Shown one piece after another: positions 9,813-16,567 of a stretch of 47,972 bases of DNA. The translations under genes and the position numbers were made by a program. The notes below the pieces were generated by a model that was not told where the DNA came from, did not search any database, and saw only the letters and a program-made list of their open reading frames with translations. Origin of the DNA: a virus (taxonomy: Duplodnaviria > Caudoviricetes). Within the stretch, counting starts at the first letter, position 1; each line of letters starts with the position of its first letter. The stretch is from positions 1 through 47,972 of IMG/VR virus record IMGVR_UViG_3300027690_000149; one strand, 5' to 3'.

Positions 9813-10250
9813 ATGACGGACAACCTCCCTCATGACGTCAGAAGCTACAACATGTCACGGATAAAGAGTTCTAACACAAGTCCTGAAGCTGTTGTTAGGA
9901 AGTTTCTTTTTTCAAAAGGACTACGATATAGGAAGAATGATTCCAGATTGCCCGGTAAGCCTGACATTGTCTTGCCCAAGTTCAAAAAAGTTGTTTTTGT
10001 CCATGGCTGCTTTTGGCATGCTCACGATAACTGTGATCGATTCAAATGGCCAAAATCAAATCTTCTCTATTGGAAACCAAAACTGTTCAAGAACAAGCAA
10101 AGAGATATTGATAATGAAGAGAAACTTCGCACTCTAGGATGGGACGTTATCGTCGTTTGGGAGTGTGAGTTGAAAACCCAAGAGTTGAGGGAAAAACGAC
10201 TTTCGCTATTATACTTGCAAATAACGGGGGCTACCTCTCATGATAGCTGA
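9813..10250 (+). CDS. vsr: Very short patch repair endonuclease
   Basis: RSYNMSRIKS.NT.PE, LPGKPDIV, FVHGCFWH.H, GW.VIVVWECE. Confidence 0.95.
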   Translation: MTDNLPHDVRSYNMSRIKSSNTSPEAVVRKFLFSKGLRYRKNDSRLPGKPDIVLPKFKKVVFVHGCFWHAHDNCDRFKWPKSNLLYWKPKLFKNKQRDIDNEEKLRTLGWDVIVVWECELKTQELREKRLSLLYLQITGATSHDS

Positions 10251-10292
10251 GATCTTGTTTCTTGTGATGAGTGAGTGAGGTAGGCTGCAGAT

Positions 10293-10685
10293 TCAGAGAT
10301 TCTTGTCAATGATTTTCATGATTGATTTTTCAAGGACATCGTCGACCTTAGTTCTGTTTCTGAGAATGTACCCATATTTTGGACCCACTGACTCTCTAAG
10401 AAGCTTCCTGATCATGTTGTTAATTAATCTGCCTTTATCTCCCGAAAACTCCTTTACGATACTAATTCTGACTCTCCACTCATAGATGTCGTCATCCCAA
10501 ATCATATCCTCAGAATAAAAGACATCACCATCTATTCTTGCTAATACGACGCCCTGATCTCCAATCAGCAGGAGAAAAGGCTCACCAATGCACCAAGAGC
10601 CGAAAGTATTTTTGTTTCCCGCAAATACATTGTATTCCTTGCACGGCTTGAACTTTTCCCAGGTTGCCAAAGAGGCCATTCTCAT
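10293..10685 (-). CDS. Putative EVE/PUA-like domain protein
   Basis: VFYSEDMIWDDDIYEWRVRI resembles the EVE-domain C-terminal motif; own RBS (GGAGG) and TGnTATAAT at 10715-10723 (-). Confidence 0.5.
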   Translation of the reverse strand: MRMASLATWEKFKPCKEYNVFAGNKNTFGSWCIGEPFLLLIGDQGVVLARIDGDVFYSEDMIWDDDIYEWRVRISIVKEFSGDKGRLINNMIRKLLRESVGPKYGYILRNRTKVDDVLEKSIMKIIDKNL

Positions 10686-11039
10686 TGAAATTCCTCCAAT
10701 AAATATTTGTCTTGATTATAGCATTATCAATCCCTTTCGAGAAATCCAATGTAACAGCATTTCTTGGTTGTATATTGTTCCTCTTTCGTGACTCGGTTCT
10801 CTATATTCAGTAATATATAGGCCAAACATTACCTATTATCTGGTTCATCAGGAGCATTTCACTATAGTCGAACATCAGAGCATCTCCCCCCAGATCCAGA
10901 AATTCTCTCGTGAAAATCGCTTCGCTTCAACGCTAAGTTAAGAGATGATCTATCACCAAATCTTCTCCTCAACGACGATTTCATAACCTCCGACAGCAAT
11001 ATAGAAGGTACCTTCATTGTATTTAGTTCTCATGTGTAC

Positions 11040-11621
11040 CTAGACTGGTATTTCCTTGAGAGCTTCCTTGAAAGTAGCCGCGTTCTCTCCTATAAACCTG
11101 TCAATTTCTTGTATGATTTCCTTGAATTCTTCTGGACCAGTGCCTAGAATATCACCCTGAATTTCACCGAAAATCTCTCCCGCAAAGCACACCATTATGA
11201 ATGCAGTAGTTTTCGAGACTCTTTCATCAGGAGTATGAAATCCTCTCTTTCCCTTTTCAATATAGAGACCCGCATTTCGTATTTTGAAAATCCTTCCTTT
11301 CTTGAACCACTTCCCAAATCGTTTCTCTATATTTCCATATATTCTCGTAACTCTAAGGTTGACAAATAGAGCCCACGAGACTGCTTCCAAATACTTCGCC
11401 TGATGATCTCTGAAAGTTTTCTTGGGAACTCCGCCAGTGACTTCTTGAGCCTCGTGTTCCTTTATCATCACTGCCTTACCAGTTTCTTCTATTAGTGTAG
11501 CAGCAAAAAACGCTGCCAAAGGATAGTCTTGATCACTATAGAACTTCAGGCATAATCTCCAGTACTTATGCAGAGTATAGTATATTCTGCTTTTTGGCAC
11601 TCTTTGAGCCCCCTTTATCAC
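11040..11621 (-). CDS. AbiV-family (HEPN-like) abortive infection protein
   Basis: LIEETGK, DHQAK and RNAGLYIE match the AbiV-family pattern EE.GK / H..K / RN..LY. Confidence 0.75.
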   Translation of the reverse strand: MIKGAQRVPKSRIYYTLHKYWRLCLKFYSDQDYPLAAFFAATLIEETGKAVMIKEHEAQEVTGGVPKKTFRDHQAKYLEAVSWALFVNLRVTRIYGNIEKRFGKWFKKGRIFKIRNAGLYIEKGKRGFHTPDERVSKTTAFIMVCFAGEIFGEIQGDILGTGPEEFKEIIQEIDRFIGENAATFKEALKEIPV

Positions 11622-11873
11622 TAAAGACTTTCAGAATTGGATTAAGGAATAGATCGCGAGTTTTCCGGCTTCAGTCAAAACAGATTGAATTACACAAGAG
11701 AGAAAGCGAGTATCCCTTAGATTATTTTCTGCATCTCCCTATAAATGAGTAGAAAAACTTTTGACGCGAAGACAACAAGAGAGAGCAGCAAAAGCAGAAG
11801 CACTAAGACTTCCTTCACACTAACACCATTCCAATCGTATTTACTGCTTCGTTGGCCCTAGTAGGAAAGTAAA

Positions 11874-12524
11874 TCAAGAATCAGAAAACTTTCTCTTCAA
11901 ACCAACAACTACCCCGATAATAGCACATTCGGCGTCCCATCTGTCTTTATCTATTCTAATAGGCTTGTACTCAGGATTCTCAGAGGTAAGAATCACCATG
12001 TCAGATCTCTTCTGGAAGTATTTTATGACGCCTTCCTGCCCGTTTATTCTGACAACGACCATCTGGCCGTTCCTGGCGACCGGCTGCTTTCGCACGAAAA
12101 CTACGTCACCGTCAAGCAGTTTAGGGAACATGCTGAAGCCTGTTACTGTGAGAGCAAAATCGGCGGCTTCTGACTGATCAACTGAAGTGTATCCAACAAT
12201 GTCCTCTTCCGCAGGTACGCCGATGCCGGCCGCGACTTTCCCAAGGATCGGGATCTCCTTCTGGGGTTTCAGACTAGAAGTGGAGACCTCTCCTGTAAGT
12301 CTGGCTTCAGGATCGTCAACAAGGCCGAGAAGATAGTCGACAGAAACACTCATGGACCTGGCAAGCTTCATCAGCGTATCAGCAGTAGGACTCCTTTGGC
12401 CGCTTTCATATAGAGAAAGCTGAGCCTGTGATACCCCGCTGGCATCGCAAAGCTGACTCTGAGTCATTCCTTTGGATTCCCTTGTCATCTTTAGTCTTTC
12501 CTGAAAGCTCTCCAATACGCTCAC
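11874..12524 (-). CDS. CI/LexA-type prophage repressor (XRE HTH + S24 peptidase)
   Basis: HTH (MTQSQL...LSLYESGQRSP); Ala-Gly cleavage site GKVAAG; catalytic Ser (SMFP) and Lys (IKY). Start is uncertain (12524-12530). Confidence 0.93.
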   Translation of the reverse strand: MSVLESFQERLKMTRESKGMTQSQLCDASGVSQAQLSLYESGQRSPTADTLMKLARSMSVSVDYLLGLVDDPEARLTGEVSTSSLKPQKEIPILGKVAAGIGVPAEEDIVGYTSVDQSEAADFALTVTGFSMFPKLLDGDVVFVRKQPVARNGQMVVVRINGQEGVIKYFQKRSDMVILTSENPEYKPIRIDKDRWDAECAIIGVVVGLKRKFSDS

Positions 12525-12531
12525 CAACACG

Positions 12532-12622
12532 ATTATACCCCTTATAATATTCTATTTGCAATTATTGCAAAGAGAATTTAACTGATGAATATATCTCAAT
12601 GTAATATTGCAAGTGGTATATT
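12532..12622. promoter_or_regulatory. Divergent cI/cro promoters and operator
   Basis: Leftward TTGCAA-18-TATAAT (12561-12532); rightward TGnTATATT (12614-12622); palindrome ATTCTaTTTGCAA-tta-TTGCAAAgAGAAT (12549-12577); related TGTAATATTGCA at 12600-12611. Confidence 0.7.
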
Positions 12623-12648
12623 ACTAATGAAATGATGGAGGTGCTCAT

Positions 12649-12882
12649 ATGACCCGACTCAAAAAGCTCCGTATTAGCCAGAACATCACCGTAACTGAGC
12701 TATCAAAGATGACCAATATCCCACAACCTTCTCTAACTCTCATAGAGAACGGAAAAAGAAACCCGTCTTTCGCAGTAGCTGACAGGATAGCATTCTACTT
12801 TCAAATACCAGTTGAAGATCTATTTCCACAGTTCAAGCGCCACAGTCCTTATCCGAAGCATACATCGAAGGCTGCTGTTTGA
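12649..12882 (+). CDS. Cro-like XRE HTH regulator
   Basis: LKKLR...ELSK...IENGKRNPS; divergent from the repressor; RBS GGAGGT. Confidence 0.9.
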   Translation: MTRLKKLRISQNITVTELSKMTNIPQPSLTLIENGKRNPSFAVADRIAFYFQIPVEDLFPQFKRHSPYPKHTSKAAV

Positions 12883-12933
12883 ACGAAAAGGTCATTGATA
12901 ACTGAATAGCTAACCTTGTCGCAGGTGGGACCA

Positions 12934-13113
12934 TCCGACCGTAAAGTGGTAGGGGAAAGAGCGGGAAAACTGACGGCTCTTGAATCATCTATCGGGGTGA
13001 TTCGTAACCACGAAATAGGAGGTTATTGCAATGAATAAGCTCTTGGTGCGTCATCTCGTATCAGTTTCCCCGCAGTGAATAGGATAGTGCAATCATACCG
13101 TATGTCAGTCGGG
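12934..13113 (+). ncRNA. Candidate structured RNA (~180 nt) containing a 15-codon ORF
   Basis: Nested stems 12934-12951/13096-13113, 12961-12973/13061-13073 (12/13 paired) and 12982-12990/12995-13003. Confidence 0.45.
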
Positions 13114-13181
13114 AAATTAAAACTTAAGTGTGAAATTTACAGAAGCGTGGTTGAAAAAGCAAACAAGGATAAGGAGGGCCT

Positions 13182-13469
13182 ATGGAAGAAATATTCTCGT
13201 TCACTGATTTCGAGACAAGGGGTTCAATTCAGTTGCTAAAAACTGAGGAAGGCAGTCAAGTCATATATTTACTGTCTGACACACGTGTGTTTTGGGAGAA
13301 TAACGATGACGATATCAGAAACTCCCTGCTTCTCATAACAAGTGATAGAGACAAGATGAAAGACACTCTTCTTTCACTTATTTCCAGTAATCCCAGTTAC
13401 ACACTTTACAGAGATGATGGTAAATCCTTGAGTAATGAGGAGATAACTGAATTACTTCAAATTATCTAG
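13182..13469 (+). CDS. Hypothetical acidic protein
   Basis: 95-aa ORF with a strong AAGGAGG RBS. Confidence 0.7.
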   Translation: MEEIFSFTDFETRGSIQLLKTEEGSQVIYLLSDTRVFWENNDDDIRNSLLLITSDRDKMKDTLLSLISSNPSYTLYRDDGKSLSNEEITELLQII

Positions 13470-14179
13470 CTAACATCGAATTCAATGTCTTCATCCTTTG
13501 TTTCGATGGTATATTTCTGCTTTACGTCATCAGGAAGCCTGTCGAGGATATTTATGCATACTGTTTTGGCAGTCTTACGAACCTTTTTGTAGACACGCTC
13601 GATGCCGATGTCGTATACTGCATCTCCCGTGTGAAGACCGATTACAATGAACCCATCATTGTGACTTGGCAGAGACTTCATGCCTAATGAGTACAGAGAA
13701 TGAAGGTGAATTGACTTTTTGATTTTCGATGGCACTACGTACACGAACACTCTTTTCTTCCTGTATTCAAAGGTGAAATGTGGTGACATCACAACTTTCA
13801 CTGATCCTGAATACCCATCCTTTTGCTTCGAATAGGTGAACCATTCTTCAAAGACGTGATTATCTGCACAGATCCTTGCAGAATTCGCATATCTTAGCCG
13901 GGTATCGGAGCTCATCAAGTCAGCAAATCTGGTGAGAGCAAGTTGGTTTTTCTCACGCCAGTTCATCTTGTCAGGCTTCCCAGCGAAAGATCTGTCAATG
14001 AACGTTGAGGCTGTTTCAGCACCATAATTGAAGTACAGTGCCAGTGAATCGCGAAATGGCTTATACCCCATAGGCTTGTACTTCCCAGCCCTGTTGTGTT
14101 CTGCAAATGCTTGCTCATACCTTTCCACATCTTCTCCAACAAAAGATGAAAGAAACTGAGCTGGCAACTTGTAATCCAC
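13466..14179 (-). CDS. Hypothetical protein, possibly distantly SocB-like
   Basis: 237-aa ORF with an AAGGAGG RBS and GTG start; resemblance to SocB judged from memory only. Confidence 0.7.
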   Translation of the reverse strand: MDYKLPAQFLSSFVGEDVERYEQAFAEHNRAGKYKPMGYKPFRDSLALYFNYGAETASTFIDRSFAGKPDKMNWREKNQLALTRFADLMSSDTRLRYANSARICADNHVFEEWFTYSKQKDGYSGSVKVVMSPHFTFEYRKKRVFVYVVPSKIKKSIHLHSLYSLGMKSLPSHNDGFIVIGLHTGDAVYDIGIERVYKKVRKTAKTVCINILDRLPDDVKQKYTIETKDEDIEFDVS

Positions 14180-14263
14180 TTGAAATCCTCCTTTTCTACT
14201 TGGTAAGTAAAGCGCGGGGGAAATATTGTGGTTATTGGTGATCTAGTATTGTCATGAGTGGCA

Positions 14264-14365
14264 CTAGTTTGGTGTACTGCGATAGTGGGGTGGAACCTTT
14301 GTACCGTCTTTCCGGGTATATCCTCGTACATATACTTTTTTCTTGCCCACTTGCGTTTTGGCCAC
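14264..14365 (-). CDS. 33-aa basic micropeptide with a V.GY.RKDGT.V..H.RS.PN motif
   Basis: MAKTQVGKKKVYVRGYTRKDGTKVPPHYRSTPN; AGGTGA RBS; I recognise this motif from many bacterial and phage proteins. Confidence 0.75.
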   Translation of the reverse strand: MAKTQVGKKKVYVRGYTRKDGTKVPPHYRSTPN

Positions 14366-14628
14366 AGTTATCACCTACCTTTCCCACTCCCCCACGCACA
14401 ATTAACAGCAGGTGACACATTTATGATAGCTCATTCGCTCCATAAATCATGTTAACGACTTTCCGCACGTTCCCATACTCAGGCAGACTCGAACCCTCTT
14501 TCATCTAAACCTCCTTGATGGAACAGATGAACCCAACAACTTCGCCGGTGGAGTGACGACCCATCGGCCTTTCTGAGTATGTGAACGAGTTACAGAGTAC
14601 TTTGCAGCAGCACTACTCACATGGCGTT

Positions 14629-14658
14629 GCCCCGGTGCCTATACGCCGGGGCCTTTTT
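14629..14658 (+). terminator. Early-operon terminator
   Basis: GCCCCGGTG-N6-CGCCGGGGC followed by CTTTTT. Confidence 0.75.
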
Positions 14659-14711
14659 GCAAAGCGTATCGAAAACCCAAACTAGACGAAAGGCAAATGA
14701 AGGAGGCAACT

Positions 14712-14882
14712 ATGAACGAAGCGAGAGCTAGAAGGTTAGGAAAAGCCCTGTACCCAATAGTCAAGGAAATGAAAGAAAAGGGTCTATGGGTCTCTGAAAC
14801 GAAAGAGAAGGCGAAAGAGGAGAGGAGGGATGCAGGTGCCAAAGAAGTTGTCGGTGCCGCTAAGGGAATTCCCGATAACTGA
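14712..14882 (+). CDS. Small hypothetical early protein
   Basis: AAGGAGG RBS before ATG 14712. Confidence 0.6.
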   Translation: MNEARARRLGKALYPIVKEMKEKGLWVSETKEKAKEERRDAGAKEVVGAAKGIPDN

Positions 14883-15324
14883 CCAGGTGAACGAGAACTG
14901 GAACTCACAGGCGACATCATATGACGGCATTCTCACGATCAACGAATTCAACGGACTCAAAGGCGAAGACAGCGAGAAAGAACTCATGGAGTACATACAG
15001 AGAGAACGTATGAGGGCTAGCCAACGCAAGGACTATTACATGGCCGACGTGCTCTGCAGGGTCCTGGACTGGATGAAGACGATAGACGAATACCAGGATT
15101 CGAAGATCGTAAGGATTCACAAAGCCTTCAGGCGGATCAAGTTCGAGAACTGGCAGATGAACGCGAAGCTTCTATCTCTGGATCCTTTGAGATCGGAGAG
15201 GTACTACAAGAAGATCGACAGGCAGATCCCGCTGGGCCTAGAAGTCGATCGAGGAGTAAAGGTCTTCAGAGACGACTCAGGATGGACCCTGGGGAATCAA
15301 TTTCAAACGAAGAAGGGAGGTTAG
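14830..15324 (+). CDS. Hypothetical early protein
   Basis: 164-aa ORF in the early operon with phage-like codon use. Confidence 0.65.
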   Translation: MQVPKKLSVPLREFPITDQVNENWNSQATSYDGILTINEFNGLKGEDSEKELMEYIQRERMRASQRKDYYMADVLCRVLDWMKTIDEYQDSKIVRIHKAFRRIKFENWQMNAKLLSLDPLRSERYYKKIDRQIPLGLEVDRGVKVFRDDSGWTLGNQFQTKKGG

Positions 15325-15328
15325 GAGA

Positions 15329-15526
15329 GTGGGAAGAAAGATCGAACCGCACGAGGTCGTATCACACGGACTCTATCTCTACAGAGGCAGCAACGCGCAG
15401 GTCGCCGAAGATATCTACCGCAAGGTCATCGAAGGAAAGATGAAAGCCGAATGGTACATGAACGGGGTCCTCTATCGCTGGAGCGGCCCGGGCAAGGAGA
15501 AAGTTATCAAGCTTGTTACCGCATGA
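15329..15526 (+). CDS. Hypothetical protein
   Basis: GGAGG/AGGAG RBS; GTG start; in operon. Confidence 0.6.
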   Translation: MGRKIEPHEVVSHGLYLYRGSNAQVAEDIYRKVIEGKMKAEWYMNGVLYRWSGPGKEKVIKLVTA

Positions 15527-15603
15527 AAAGGGCCGCTCAATCAAGCGACCCAAAGACATTCTTATGAGTACCAACAGAATTATAGCACAAGGAGGTATCT
15601 GAA

Positions 15604-16554
15604 ATGGAAGCCGTTCGCTTGGCAAGCACAAAGCGTATCAGCATTGAAGAGTGGAAGCGTGAAAGGATGAAAGGGATTGGCGGTTCTGACGTGGCCGCTG
15701 TCCTTGGAATAAGCAGATGGAAGAGCGCGATAAGGGTCTATCTCGAAAAGATCGGGGAAGCTCCTGAAGAGGAAGTCAACGAAGCGATGGAGATAGGAAA
15801 GAGAATTGAAGACTTCATCGCGGACCTATTCAAGGAAAAGACCGGTCTTCATGTTGTCAGATGCAACGCGATTCTTCAAAGCAGTGAATATCCCTGGATG
15901 ATCGCGAACGTGGACCGGGAAGTATATGACCCGGAAACCGACTCCTGGGGAATTCTTGAACTCAAAAACGTCTCTCAGTACATGCAGAAGGACTGGGAGG
16001 GAGAAGAGATCCCGCCCGAGGCATACGTCCAGCTCCAGCACTATCTCATTGTTACCGGCAGGACCTGGGGCTACATAGCCGGTCTCATTGGAGGCAAAAG
16101 GTTCGAATACAAGAGGTTCGAACTGGATGAGGAGCTCGCAGACGAAATCATCCGCAGGGAAGAGACCTTCTGGAAAGAGAACGTGCTCAAGGGGATCCCG
16201 CCGTCTGCAGACGCAACCGAAGACTGCGCAGAAGTCCTGAAAGTCCTCTTCCCTGAGTCAATGCGAAAGTCAATAGACCTTCCCCCGGAAGACGACCTGA
16301 TCGTTGAAGAGCTGGAGACTCTCAAGGCCCAGAAGGAAGAGCTGGAGAAGGAGATCACTCTGCGTGAGAACAAACTGAAGGAGCGTCTTGGAGAAGCTGA
16401 GGCAGGCTTCACCGGAAGGTTCTGGGTCTTCTGGAAGAGCTACTACTCAAAGAGGTTTGCTCAGTCAAGATTCAAAGAAGAAAGGCCAAAGGACTATGAA
16501 GCTTATCTGGAAGATACGCATTCCAGAAGGTTCAGGTTCAAGAGAGCTGCGTGA
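15604..16554 (+). CDS. YqaJ-like (lambda exonuclease family) recombination nuclease
   Basis: GIGGSD.AAVLG, ANVDR, ILELKN, QLQHY; adjacent to recT. Confidence 0.93.
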   Translation: MEAVRLASTKRISIEEWKRERMKGIGGSDVAAVLGISRWKSAIRVYLEKIGEAPEEEVNEAMEIGKRIEDFIADLFKEKTGLHVVRCNAILQSSEYPWMIANVDREVYDPETDSWGILELKNVSQYMQKDWEGEEIPPEAYVQLQHYLIVTGRTWGYIAGLIGGKRFEYKRFELDEELADEIIRREETFWKENVLKGIPPSADATEDCAEVLKVLFPESMRKSIDLPPEDDLIVEELETLKAQKEELEKEITLRENKLKERLGEAEAGFTGRFWVFWKSYYSKRFAQSRFKEERPKDYEAYLEDTHSRRFRFKRAA

Positions 16555-16567
16555 AGGAGGTCTGCTG

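Noticed and set aside
10730-11035. Possible gene between the EVE-like and AbiV-like genes
   Set aside because: Only short broken frames; at most an unidentifiable remnant.
13963-14455. ORF-track calls 13963-14331, 14232-14420 and 14258-14455
   Set aside because: They lack a convincing RBS or motif; the 33-aa ORF at 14264-14365 explains the region better.
12930-14660. Retron msr-msd or hammerhead ribozyme interpretation of the fold-backs
   Set aside because: No reverse transcriptase nearby; CTGACGG does not fit the CUGAnGA hammerhead core.
16388-16567. N-terminal extension of RecT in the ORF track
   Set aside because: It overlaps the YqaJ gene; the strong RBS points to ATG 16568.
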